DNA of 64,000 nucleotides from Gemmatimonadota bacterium (GCA_039588275.1 JBDHAC010000007.1:12672-76671), one strand, 5' to 3'; shown: positions 1 through 8,921, counted from the stretch's first letter. Translations and numbers: made by a program. Notes: generated by a model not told the origin, from the letters alone.

Positions 1-2109
1 GGCTACCAGACGTTCAACCTCGCGCGCTACGGGGTGGCGCTCGCCGTCATGCTCCCCTCCACGGTCCTGGCCGGCATGACGCTCCCGGTCATCACCAACA
101 CGCTGCTTCGTGCGGGGGCGGGGGAGCGCTCGATCGGGTGGGTCTACGCGAGCAACACGGCCGGTGCGATCGCGGGCGTCATGCTGGCGGGGCTGATTCT
201 GCTACCGGCGCTGGGGCTGAAGTGGATGCTGATCGCGGGAGCGGCGCTGGACATGGCGCTCGGCGCCTTCCTGTTGTGGCCGGGGCGGTCCGCCGTCTTT
301 CGCGAGGCGACGGGCGGCGAGCGCGACGCGCGCCCGGGCCCGCGGCCTCGGGTGGCGGTCGCGGCGCTGGGTCTCACAGCGGTCGCCTGCCTCCTGGCGG
401 GACTGGGTCTGCCGTTCGATCGGGTCCTGCTCACGAGCGGCGCGTTCCGATACGGCCGGGTGGATCCCGACGCGCAGTCGATCCTCTACTATGCGGATGG
501 GCGGACCGCCACGGTGGGAGTCCACCTGACCGAGCCGGACAGCGTGATCGCGCTCACCTCGAACGGGAAGCCTGACGCGTCGCTCACCGCGCGCTGGGTA
601 CGGGCGGCCAGCCAGCCCCTCCCCCCAAAGCCGATCCTGCAATTGGACGAGTCGACGCAGATGCTTTCGGCGCTGGTGGCGCTTGCGCACGCCCCGGGCG
701 CGGCCTCCGCCGCCGTGATCGGACACGGGTCGGGCATCTCCGGCCACTTCCTGCTCGCCGATCCTGAGCTGGGCTCGCTCACGACGATCGAGATCGAGCC
801 GCGGATGATCGAGGCGTCCAACATCTACTACCCTGCGAATCGCCGCGTCTTCGATGACGAACGCTCCGAATTCGTGATTGCGGACGCCAAGTCGTATTTC
901 GCGCACGAGCAGGCCCGGTACGACCTCATCGTCTCTGAACCGTCGAACCCGTGGGTGAGTGGGGTCGCCGGGCTGTTCAGCCAGGAGTTCTACGGCCACC
1001 TTCGCCGGTATCTGTCGGATCGCGGCGTGTTCGCGCAGTGGATTCATCTGTACGAGTTCACCGACGAGCTGGTCCTCAGCATCCTGTCGGCGTTCCACAA
1101 GAACTTCCCGGACTATCGTGGCTTCCTCGTCGGGGACGCCGACCTGCTGCTGGTCGCCACGGTCGGCGCGGAGCTGCGCGAGCCCGATTGGAGCCTCTTC
1201 CAGAGCGAGGCGTTGCGCGAGGAGCTGTCGCATGTGGTCCCGATCCGGCCCGACCACATGGAGGGGCTGAAGGTGTTCGAGCGGCGCGAGCTGAGTCCCT
1301 TGCTGGATGATTGGCCGTCGCCCCACTCGGACTATCGGCCCGTGCTGGACGTGGGGGCCGAAAAGGCCCGCTTTCTCGACGCTTTCGCGCTCGGTACGTA
1401 CTCTCTCGCGACGTCACGCTTTCGTCTCGCAGCGGCGCTCGGTGGTTGGCGCCTCGATCCGGGCCTCAGTGGAGAGGCGCCCATCCCCGGGATCGCCCCG
1501 CTCCGAGGTCGTGCGATCGCGGCCGAGATCGCGCGGGGGCTCGTGGATCCCGGAGCGGCGCTGGCTCGCTACGCGGAGGTGCCTGCCAGCGACGCCCGCG
1601 CTAGGTGGGCCCGAATCCTTCAACCACCCGATGCCCCGGATGCGGCCGATGCATGGGACGCCTGGCTGGATGACTTCCTGACCGTGGAGCGCGGGCTGCA
1701 CATGGCCACCGCGGGATTCGCCGACTCCACCTTCTTCGGGACGGTTCGTCAAGTTATCGACGCTGCCCTGGCGCCGGGGCGAGTACACGCGGTGCTTGCG
1801 TTTGCCGAGGGACTCGCGGGTTGGGACTTCCAGATGGCGGCCGAGGGCGCCCGTGGCATCCTCGAGCGTTCTGCCGAGACCGGAGCGGCCGGCGCGGCCC
1901 AGCGCGGGCTCGTGTCGGAGCTGGGCCCGCTGGATCCGGAGTACCTACTGGACGGGGCCGTCGTGGCGTTTCTGGAGACGGGCGACGCCGAGGCTGCGGC
2001 CGAAGCGTACCGAGCGCTGGCTCCGGTGACGGGGCGGGGGCACGACGACCTGCGCATGCGACTGCTTCGGGCTCACATCGGGTCGGCAGGGGGGACGATC
2101 ACCGACTAG
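1..2109 (+). CDS. Fused polytopic-membrane / spermidine-synthase-like protein (5' end cut by window edge)
   Basis: The reading frame is open from base 1. TM helices (LPVITNTLL, AGAIAGVMLAGLILLPALG) are followed by a spermidine-synthase-type core (IGHGSGISG; DLIVSEPSNPWVSGVAGLFSQEFY) and an Ala-rich helical tail. Confidence 0.85.
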   Translation, partial: GYQTFNLARYGVALAVMLPSTVLAGMTLPVITNTLLRAGAGERSIGWVYASNTAGAIAGVMLAGLILLPALGLKWMLIAGAALDMALGAFLLWPGRSAVFREATGGERDARPGPRPRVAVAALGLTAVACLLAGLGLPFDRVLLTSGAFRYGRVDPDAQSILYYADGRTATVGVHLTEPDSVIALTSNGKPDASLTARWVRAASQPLPPKPILQLDESTQMLSALVALAHAPGAASAAVIGHGSGISGHFLLADPELGSLTTIEIEPRMIEASNIYYPANRRVFDDERSEFVIADAKSYFAHEQARYDLIVSEPSNPWVSGVAGLFSQEFYGHLRRYLSDRGVFAQWIHLYEFTDELVLSILSAFHKNFPDYRGFLVGDADLLLVATVGAELREPDWSLFQSEALREELSHVVPIRPDHMEGLKVFERRELSPLLDDWPSPHSDYRPVLDVGAEKARFLDAFALGTYSLATSRFRLAAALGGWRLDPGLSGEAPIPGIAPLRGRAIAAEIARGLVDPGAALARYAEVPASDARARWARILQPPDAPDAADAWDAWLDDFLTVERGLHMATAGFADSTFFGTVRQVIDAALAPGRVHAVLAFAEGLAGWDFQMAAEGARGILERSAETGAAGAAQRGLVSELGPLDPEYLLDGAVVAFLETGDAEAAAEAYRALAPVTGRGHDDLRMRLLRAHIGSAGGTITD

Positions 2110-2224
2110 GCGGGTGCCAAAAGGGTTGGAAACTGGCCCGCATCGATCGCCGTACATATCGTCGTACGGGGCCTCTATCGGTCCGTTCGCCCGGGCCGGG
2201 CCCGATAACGGGTCAATCCTGTGC

Positions 2225-2563
2225 ATGACCCAAGACGCGCGGAGCGACACGATGCCTGTCGAAATCCTCGAGATGATCGGACCCGTGATCGTCCTCTTCC
2301 TCATCGGATGCGTCATCCTCCTCTTCCCCATCAGTCGGCGTTTGGGCGGAGTGATGGAGGAGTGGATGAAGCTCAAGCGGGAGACGTCGCCGGACCGCAC
2401 GAAGCTCACGAACCTGGAACAGACGGTGTACGAGGTGCGGCATCTGGTCGAGAACTTGAATCAGCGGGTCACGCTTCTCTCGGAGCGCCAGGACTTCATG
2501 GAGTCGCTCATCGAGTCGAGGAAGCCCGAGGAGCTCCCCGCGGGGCAAGTCGCCGGGGATTGA
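2225..2563 (+). CDS. Hypothetical single-pass membrane protein with coiled-coil tail
   Basis: I chose the internal ATG at 2225 of ORF 2114..2563. It has one hydrophobic helix (IGPVIVLFLIGCVILLF) followed by a heptad-like segment (LTNLEQTVYEVRHLVENLNQRVTLL). The start is uncertain; 2252 is also possible. Confidence 0.5.
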   Translation: MTQDARSDTMPVEILEMIGPVIVLFLIGCVILLFPISRRLGGVMEEWMKLKRETSPDRTKLTNLEQTVYEVRHLVENLNQRVTLLSERQDFMESLIESRKPEELPAGQVAGD

Positions 2564-2573
2564 ACCAGCTACC

Positions 2574-2612
2574 GCGGGAGCCAACCGCCGTTGCCGACTG
2601 GCGGGCTCCCGC
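2574..2612. terminator. Stem-loop between convergent genes
   Basis: GCGGGAGCC (2574-2582) and GGCTCCCGC (2604-2612) form a perfect 9-bp inverted repeat with a 21-nt loop. There is no clear U tract. Confidence 0.3.
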
Positions 2613-2635
2613 AATGGCGAACCGCCCGGCGAAGT

Positions 2636-4282
2636 CTAGCCGGCTCCCACCACGAACTCCCGCGCCTCGGTGACCTCGGGCCGTTCAGATTCCGCTTCGC
2701 CGATCACTTCGAGAAGTCGCGCGTAGAAGCCGCGCGCCTTCCCGTCCTCACCTATCGCTCGCGAAGCGCGGGCCGCCCCGACGAGCGTCTGGAAGCGCCT
2801 CGGCCACGCCTCGAGCGAAGCCTCGTACGCGGCCAGCGCTTCGGCAGGACGACCGAGCTCCATCAACAGATCGCCGAGCGCCTCGTTGGCTGGAAGGAGC
2901 GAGCCGGGGGACACGGGATGCTTCTGGATGCCTTCCTCCCACTCCACGGCCGTCCGAGCCAGCGCGACGGCTCCCTCGCTCTTGCCGCGTGCGTGCGCAA
3001 TGCGTGAAGCAAGGACGATCCGGTCGATCTCGATATAGGTCGCGAAACCTCGTTCACCCGCCTCAGCCGCTTGGTCCCGGAGCGCTCGCATCCGCTCTTC
3101 CGCCCTGACCGCCTCCTCGAGATCGCCTGTCTGTGCGGCCCCGAGGCCGCGTGCGAACCAGCTGAGGGCCTCCGGCCACGGGTACCGGTCCCAATCGACC
3201 GAGGCCCGTGCGCGCGGGGTCACTCGGGCCGCCTCCCCCCACGCACGACGCTCGAGAGCGTAGCGGGCCGGCATCGCCGCGACGTGGAACGCGCTCGAGA
3301 ACTCCTGCTGGTATGCCTGTTCGCGGTGGATGACCTCGCGCAGGGCGGCCAGGGCCCGTCCGTCCTCACCGCGCTGCAGGTACGCGTACAGCAGGTAGTC
3401 CATCGCGTGCGGGTAGTGGTTCGACACGCGGTCACCGGCCGGCAGCTCGAGCGCGGCATCGGCCGAGCGGCGGTTCCAGGTGATCACTTCGGGCCATGCG
3501 CCCAGGCGGACGAAGATGTGCGTGGGCATGTGCAACGCGTGAGGCACGCTGGGGGCGATGTCGTCGTAGCTCCGAACGATATCCAGCGACTCGTCGGCTC
3601 GACCCGTTACGTCGTTCGCGTGGATCGTGTAGTGGAGCGCGCCGGGGTGCATCGGCTCCCGCGCGTATACGCCGAGGAGCACTTCGGCGGCCCTCTCCTG
3701 ATGAACCATCCGGTTCTCCGCCACCAGCCCGGCCGCCATGTGCGAGAGGGCGTAGAAGGCGGCTGTCTCGAGGTCGTCGGGGTGTGCGGCGTACGCTTCC
3801 TCCATGGCCGCGGCCCAGCGACGGATCCTCGTCCACCAGTCGGCGGTCTCGGGCCCCGCGTAGAACGCCTCGGCCGCCGCGACGAACGCCCGCTCGCGAT
3901 CCGTGCCTGCTCCCAACTCGACCGCCTTTTGCACCTCCTCCCACCCGCGCATCAGGTGCTCGGGGGTCGGTCGCGCCGGCCAAAGGGGCTGAAACAGGGT
4001 CACGGCGACGCCCCAGTGCGCCATCGCGCAGGAAGGATCAGCCTTCGCGATTGCCTCGAACGCCGCGCGCGACTCCACGTACTGCATGTGGTGCAACAGG
4101 GCCACGGCCCGGTTGAAGTCCGTCTGTATGCCCGAGTCGCACGACACGGGGAAATCGACGACTCCAAGGGCTGCGTCGTGGAGCTGGTCGGGCTCCTGGG
4201 CCACGCTGGCCGCGGGCGCCAGCGCGCTCAGCACGACGATCGAGAGAAGCTGTGTGCGGGACGGATCGAACGAACGGTGCAT
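2636..4282 (-). CDS. Secreted TPR-like repeat protein, function unknown
   Basis: It has an N-terminal signal peptide (LLSIVVLSALAPAASVAQE). The body is long and helical-repeat-rich, with TPR-like stretches such as GRPAEALAAYEASLEAWP and GKARGFYARLLEV. Confidence 0.8.
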   Translation of the reverse strand: MHRSFDPSRTQLLSIVVLSALAPAASVAQEPDQLHDAALGVVDFPVSCDSGIQTDFNRAVALLHHMQYVESRAAFEAIAKADPSCAMAHWGVAVTLFQPLWPARPTPEHLMRGWEEVQKAVELGAGTDRERAFVAAAEAFYAGPETADWWTRIRRWAAAMEEAYAAHPDDLETAAFYALSHMAAGLVAENRMVHQERAAEVLLGVYAREPMHPGALHYTIHANDVTGRADESLDIVRSYDDIAPSVPHALHMPTHIFVRLGAWPEVITWNRRSADAALELPAGDRVSNHYPHAMDYLLYAYLQRGEDGRALAALREVIHREQAYQQEFSSAFHVAAMPARYALERRAWGEAARVTPRARASVDWDRYPWPEALSWFARGLGAAQTGDLEEAVRAEERMRALRDQAAEAGERGFATYIEIDRIVLASRIAHARGKSEGAVALARTAVEWEEGIQKHPVSPGSLLPANEALGDLLMELGRPAEALAAYEASLEAWPRRFQTLVGAARASRAIGEDGKARGFYARLLEVIGEAESERPEVTEAREFVVGAG

Positions 4283-4406
4283 CTTTGACGACCTCCGGCG
4301 AAGCCTGTGGTGAACGATGCCGAATAGAGTAGGGGGTCATCGTCCACGCTGCACGTCCGGAGGGTCCTCTCGCACCGCACCCCGGAACTCCCGCCGCTTG
4401 CGGCAG

Positions 4407-4440
4407 ATGTGCTACATAGCTAGCATTACTATACACGTGC
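4407..4440. promoter_or_regulatory. AT-rich dyad region in the divergent TPR/PadR spacer (candidate PadR operator)
   Basis: The sequence is ATGTGCTACATAGCTAGCATTACTATACACGTG. It contains ATGT-N3-ACAT and the dyad TGCTA-N6-TAGCA. It is a local low-GC island about 45 nt upstream of the padR start. Confidence 0.25.
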
Positions 4441-4483
4441 GCCGTCGCACGCGAAAACGGTATCGGCCCAGGCAAGGTGATCC

Positions 4484-4810
4484 ATGGTTCGAAAGACGCT
4501 GGGACTCACGACGATTCAAGTCCTGTATGCGGTAGCCGCCGGCTCGCGGTATGGCTTCGACATCATGGACCGAACCGCTCTGGCGAGCGGGACGGTCTAC
4601 CCGGCTTTGAGCCGCCTGGAGCGACAGGGTCTGCTGAGAGCCAAATGGGAGGACCAGCGGGTCGCGCAGCGGGAGAAGCGCCCACCACGCAAGTACTACC
4701 AGATCACGAAAGACGGACAGCGACGCTTGCTCGAGGAAGCGGAGCGGATTCGCGCCGTCGAACGGGCTCTGCCAAGAGACCTGCGAGGTCTCGAGACGGC
4801 GTCGAGCTGA
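4484..4810 (+). CDS. PadR family transcriptional regulator
   Basis: It has the classic PadR winged helix: LYAVAAGSRYGFDIMD, SGTVYPALSRLERQGLL and RKYYQITKDGQRRL. Confidence 0.93.
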   Translation: MVRKTLGLTTIQVLYAVAAGSRYGFDIMDRTALASGTVYPALSRLERQGLLRAKWEDQRVAQREKRPPRKYYQITKDGQRRLLEEAERIRAVERALPRDLRGLETASS

Positions 4811-4823
4811 CGCGTCAGGATCC

Positions 4824-7529
4824 ATGACCCAACCTCCGAGCTCCACGGCCAACGCGGTGCTCTCCATCTGCCTCGGATTGGTGCGAGCCGCCGGCCACGT
4901 GGCCCCTGGCTCGGAGCGTCGAACCTGGGGCGCGGAGTGGGAGGCCGAGGTCCTCCATCGGTGGGCGGAACTGGAGAAGAGGAGAGAGGCGACGGGCAGA
5001 GGGCCGGGCGCGTTCGAGTCCCTGGATCTGCTCGGGAGAAGCGCGGGAGCGTTGGCTCACGCCATATGGCTACGTCGGGAAGAGTGGAGGTTCGACGTGT
5101 TGATGCAGGACATCCGGTACGCCCTCAGGGGCCTCATCAAACGCCCCGTCTTCTCCGCGGTCGTGATTGGAACGATCATGCTCGCGATCGGAGCGAACGC
5201 GGCGATCTTCAGCGTCCTCAACGGCGTCCTCCTCCAGCCCCTCCCCTTCGAGAACCCCGAGGGCCTCGTGATGGTGTGGGAGCACAACATCCCGCGGGCC
5301 AATCCGACCAACGTCGTCTCGGGCGCCAACTTCGTGACGTGGCGCGAGGAGAGCAGCTCGTTCGAAGATCTCGCTGCGATCACGTGGTTCAGCCAGAATC
5401 TGGTCGAGGGAGAGGACGCCGAGCGCGTGGGTGTGGTGTCCGTGAACGCGAGCTTTTTCCCCCTGCTCGGGGTGAATGCCGCGCACGGGCGCGTGTTTCT
5501 GCCGGAGGACGATCGGGCGGGGGACGGACCGAGACCGATCCTGTTGAGCCACGGTTTCTGGCAGCGCCGGTTCGGGGGGAGCTCCAATGTGATCGGGCGT
5601 ACCCTGAACCTGAACGGGTTCGAGCTCCCCGTGATCGGCGTGCTTCCGGAGGGCTTCCGGTTCGATTTCCTGCCGTACTCCTTCAACGCCACCGGGACGC
5701 AGGACATCTGGATGCCGCAACAGTTCCCGGACGAGATTCGGGACGCGAGCGGGCGCTGGCTCCAGGTCCTCGGGCGGCTCGAGCCAGGTACGTCGATCGA
5801 ACGCGCTCAGACCGAGATGAGCACGCTCGCCAGCCGGCTGGAGATGGAGTACCCGGACCGCCAGTCGGGGTGGACGGTGAACGTGGTGTCCCTTCAGGAG
5901 CAGGTGGTCGGGGAGGCGCGAACACCGCTCCTGATTCTGTTCGGCGCGGTCGCGTTCGTCCTGCTCATCGCGTGTGCCAACGTGGCCAATCTCCTGCTCT
6001 CGCGCTCGGTTGGGCGGCAACAGGAGGTCGCCTTGCGGACTGCCCTGGGTGCGAGCCGTTTGCGACTGGTCCGGCAGCTCCTGACGGAGAGCTCGATCCT
6101 GGCACTGGCTGGTGGAGCCCTGGGCCTGGGCCTGGCGTTCGTGCTGGTGGATGCCCTTCTGAGATTGGGCCCTGATATCCCCAGGCTTGCGGACGTTTCC
6201 GTCAGCGGACCGGTGATCGCGTTCACGCTGGGCATATCCGCCCTTACCGGTCTCGTATTCGGGCTCGCGCCCGCTCTCAGGGCCTCTCGGCCAGATCTGG
6301 CCGGGTCGCTCAAGGAAGGAGGAGCTCGAGCCGGGAGAAGCGGAGGTCTGCTGCGCGCCCGGAGCGCCCTCGTCGTCGCCGAGGTGGCGCTCGCCCTCAT
6401 TCTTCTCGTGGGGAGCGGGCTTCTGCTGCGCAGCTTCGCGAACCTCTTGGACCTCGGCGTGGGGTTCGAAACCGACGGGCTGATCACCGCCGAGGTCGCG
6501 CTCCCGGGGCGCGTATACGAGGAGGAGGCCGACCGCGTTCAGTTCTTCGAGGAGCTGGTCGGCCGGGTACGAAGCATCCCGGGCGTGAGCGCCGCGAGCG
6601 CGATCACCTTCCTCCCTCTGGCCGGGAGCGGGTCGGCGACCTCGTTCTGGGCCAACGATCGACCGGTGCCTGAGCCGGGCGAGCTTCCGGTCGCCGACCT
6701 CCGCTGGGTGCACCAGGACTACCACCGCACGCTCGGCATTCCCGTCATCCGCGGCCGTCTGTTCGACGGGCGAGATACGCGCGATGTGCCGCTCCGGATC
6801 GTGATCAGCGAGGCGTTGGCGCGCGACCTGTGGCCGTCTGAGGATCCGATCGGCCGCACGATTTCCATGCCGTGGGGCGATACGCTGGTGGCCGAAGTGA
6901 TCGGGGTCGTGGGCGACGTGCGGCACCAGGGCCCCGAGACGGAGGCGCGCGACAAGATCTACTGGCACCATTTGCAGTGGCAGGACTGGTCCGGCATGAC
7001 CATCGTCGCTCGCACGTCGGGCGACCCCTCCATGCATGTCGGCTCGATCCGGGCCGAGCTCAGGGCGATGGACTCCAACCTCCCCCTGTTCAACGTGAGC
7101 ACGATGACCGATCTGCTCGGCGAGGCGCTCGCGGCTCGGCGGTTCACGATGCTGGTGCTGGGGCTGTTCGCGCTCGTGGCGTTGCTCCTGGCGAGCGTGG
7201 GCGTGTACGGCGTCATGTCGTACGGCGTGAGCCAGCGCACGCAGGAGTTCGGAGTACGCATGGCGCTCGGGGCCAGCGCAAGGGCCGTCGCGATGCAGGT
7301 CGTGAAGGGCGGGCTGCGTCTCGTGCTGATCGCCGTCGCGATCGGTGGGCTCGGGGCGCTGGCGCTCTCCAGGCTCATGCAGAGCCTCGTGTTCGAGATC
7401 AGCACCAGCGATCCCGTGACGTTCGCGCTCGCGGCCCTGTTCCTGGCGGCCGTGGCCGCGGCGGCGTGCTATTGGCCGACGCACCGGGCCGGCCGCGTGG
7501 ACCCGATCGAGGCGCTCCGCTTCGAGTAG
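4824..7529 (+). CDS. ADOP-type duplicated MacB/FtsX-like ABC permease with N-terminal permease-prefix extension
   Basis: The gene follows padR by 13 nt. The motif QDIRYALRGLIKRPVFS is followed by two MacB-periplasmic plus FtsX four-TM halves, and the protein ends in YWPTHRAGRVDPIEALRFE. No ATPase gene is adjacent. Confidence 0.93.
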   Translation: MTQPPSSTANAVLSICLGLVRAAGHVAPGSERRTWGAEWEAEVLHRWAELEKRREATGRGPGAFESLDLLGRSAGALAHAIWLRREEWRFDVLMQDIRYALRGLIKRPVFSAVVIGTIMLAIGANAAIFSVLNGVLLQPLPFENPEGLVMVWEHNIPRANPTNVVSGANFVTWREESSSFEDLAAITWFSQNLVEGEDAERVGVVSVNASFFPLLGVNAAHGRVFLPEDDRAGDGPRPILLSHGFWQRRFGGSSNVIGRTLNLNGFELPVIGVLPEGFRFDFLPYSFNATGTQDIWMPQQFPDEIRDASGRWLQVLGRLEPGTSIERAQTEMSTLASRLEMEYPDRQSGWTVNVVSLQEQVVGEARTPLLILFGAVAFVLLIACANVANLLLSRSVGRQQEVALRTALGASRLRLVRQLLTESSILALAGGALGLGLAFVLVDALLRLGPDIPRLADVSVSGPVIAFTLGISALTGLVFGLAPALRASRPDLAGSLKEGGARAGRSGGLLRARSALVVAEVALALILLVGSGLLLRSFANLLDLGVGFETDGLITAEVALPGRVYEEEADRVQFFEELVGRVRSIPGVSAASAITFLPLAGSGSATSFWANDRPVPEPGELPVADLRWVHQDYHRTLGIPVIRGRLFDGRDTRDVPLRIVISEALARDLWPSEDPIGRTISMPWGDTLVAEVIGVVGDVRHQGPETEARDKIYWHHLQWQDWSGMTIVARTSGDPSMHVGSIRAELRAMDSNLPLFNVSTMTDLLGEALAARRFTMLVLGLFALVALLLASVGVYGVMSYGVSQRTQEFGVRMALGASARAVAMQVVKGGLRLVLIAVAIGGLGALALSRLMQSLVFEISTSDPVTFALAALFLAAVAAAACYWPTHRAGRVDPIEALRFE

Positions 7530-7531
7530 GA

Positions 7532-7558
7532 ACGGGCGGCTCAGCGCGAGCCGCCCGT
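7532..7558. terminator. GC-rich hairpin after the permease gene
   Basis: ACGGGCGGCTC-AGCGC-GAGCCGCCCGT forms an 11-bp perfect stem. It starts 3 nt after the stop codon at 7527-7529. Confidence 0.5.
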
Positions 7559-7568
7559 GGAGTTCAGT

Positions 7569-7706
7569 TCAGGCGCTAAGCTGGTCGATCGCCGTCTGGG
7601 CGGTATTGACGAGGGGCTGACCTTGCTCGAGCGTCAGCGTTCCGCCCGTGACCATGGCCTGTACCTCGTTTTGGAACGCGACCAGCAGGTTGATGGCCGC
7701 CGTCAC
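7569..7706 (-). pseudogene. Orphan 45-codon ORF or gene remnant encoding a two-helix module (below the ORF-track length cutoff)
   Basis: Hand translation of the minus strand gives VTAAINLLVAFQNEVQAMVTGGTLTLEQGQPLVNTAQTAIDQLSA followed by a stop. An in-frame TGA lies 5 codons upstream of the GTG. The ORF ends next to the 7532-7558 hairpin. Confidence 0.3.
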
Positions 7707-7800
7707 GTCTCCGCGATCGATCGCTCAGGTGCTCTCTCTGGTCAGCGAACTGAGCGGCCAACCATTGGAACGCGAAGCTAGGGACGGGCTCGAGTTCCAG

Positions 7801-8322
7801 ATGGCGGTCGAGCTTCTCTGGCACGACCAGACTCGAGCGGGCCGAGAGATCCTCGACGAGCTCGCCCGTCGGTTGACTGAGCGTCGGCGGGAAGAGGGCG
7901 AAGGTGGAGCGTGGCCGATTGTCGGGGTTCTGCTTCACCTGGATCGGGCGGAGGAAGCCTGGAGGGTCCTCGGCGGATCCGGGTTTGAAGCTTCGACAGT
8001 GATCCGCCCCGACAGCGTGCCCGAAGGCCAGTGGCGGCGGACGAGGACAGCGGAACTGAGCATCCGGGGCGTCGTGGCCGCGCGTGCGGGACGCCGCGAG
8101 GAGGCCGAGCGAATGGACCGGGAACTGGTGGCGTTCGGCAATCGCCCCGGCGAGATGCTCGAACGGGCTGGCATCGCCGCCGCCCTAGGAGACTGCGCGC
8201 GAGCGGGCAGATTCCTGGAAAGGTCCTGGGAGGGCCGACACCAGTGGATCCACAGGCACGCCGGCTTGTTTTACTGCCGCCACGACCCCGCCTTTCAGGA
8301 AGTCGCCAAGCCGCGAGGTTAG
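7801..8322 (+). CDS. Hypothetical helical-repeat (TPR-tail-like) protein
   Basis: This is ORF 7648..8322, trimmed to the ATG at 7801 to avoid the minus-strand module. The C-terminus (HAGLFYCRHDPAFQEVAKPRG) resembles the usual tail of TPR regulator proteins. The start is uncertain; GTG 7729 is possible. Confidence 0.45.
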   Translation: MAVELLWHDQTRAGREILDELARRLTERRREEGEGGAWPIVGVLLHLDRAEEAWRVLGGSGFEASTVIRPDSVPEGQWRRTRTAELSIRGVVAARAGRREEAERMDRELVAFGNRPGEMLERAGIAAALGDCARAGRFLERSWEGRHQWIHRHAGLFYCRHDPAFQEVAKPRG

Positions 8323-8343
8323 CTGCAATCGCGTGCTGGCCCG

Positions 8344-8826
8344 CTAGAGGTGTAGCAGCCTTCCCTGCGCGTCGATCAGCAGGCTCCGCTCCCCCGTGCG
8401 GGTCATCACGGTGATCAAGCCGGGAGGCAGCTGACAGTCTCCGCCCGTCACGAGTCGGCCGCGCGGATCGAAGCAGAGCATCGTGCGGTCGCTCACGATC
8501 TCCACGGCCGGCGGCTGGACCACACGTGCTACCGTGGGGGTACCGCTCGCACCCTGGGTCGTGTCCACCTCGACCCACAGGCGGTCCGCATCCGAGTCGA
8601 TGTGCAGGACGGCCACCTGACCGTGGCGAATGGCCAGCGTACGCGCCTCGGCGTACGCGATCTCGATCAGCTCGATCGCGTTGCGGGTCGCGTCCTCCTC
8701 CGTCGCACGCAGCATCGGCCAAGCGGTCGCGAGGACGGTAACGGCGGCGAGGGCGCCGACCGCAAGCCCTTCGAGCCCTTTCGGCGCAGGTCGCTTCAGG
8801 TCGCCAGGCAATCTTGTCGGTGACAT
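8344..8826 (-). CDS. Hypothetical membrane-anchored protein, GspH/FimT pseudopilin-like fold suspected
   Basis: It has an N-terminal hydrophobic helix (LAVGALAAVTVLATAW). This is followed by TRNAIELIEIAYAEARTLAIRHGQVAVLHI and then a beta-rich body, which is the layout of minor pseudopilins. The G-F-T-L-x-E prepilin motif is degenerate (KGLEGLAV). Confidence 0.5.
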   Translation of the reverse strand: MSPTRLPGDLKRPAPKGLEGLAVGALAAVTVLATAWPMLRATEEDATRNAIELIEIAYAEARTLAIRHGQVAVLHIDSDADRLWVEVDTTQGASGTPTVARVVQPPAVEIVSDRTMLCFDPRGRLVTGGDCQLPPGLITVMTRTGERSLLIDAQGRLLHL

Positions 8827-8884
8827 GATCTAATCCGTCTGCTGTGAAACCGGTCTTCCGCAGTGCTTCGGGTCGCCGGGACCC

Positions 8885-8921
8885 CGGCGCAAGACCCAGA
8901 CGGCGCAAGACCCAGACGGCG
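8885..8921. repeat. Tandem 16-bp direct repeat, about 2.3 copies
   Basis: CGGCGCAAGACCCAGA occurs at 8885-8900 and 8901-8916, followed by a partial third copy CGGCG. Confidence 0.9.

Noticed and set aside
5070-7484. An 804-aa minus-strand ORF lies antisense to the ADOP permease. Similar long antisense ORFs occur at 3071..4288, 21168..23180, 36081..37604, 44659..46158, 54146..55963, 56806..58395 and 61289..62344.
   Set aside because: Their products are Arg/Pro/Gly/His-rich and low in complexity, with no recognisable motifs. They lie exactly opposite genes with strong family signatures. These are the shadow ORFs expected in very GC-rich DNA.
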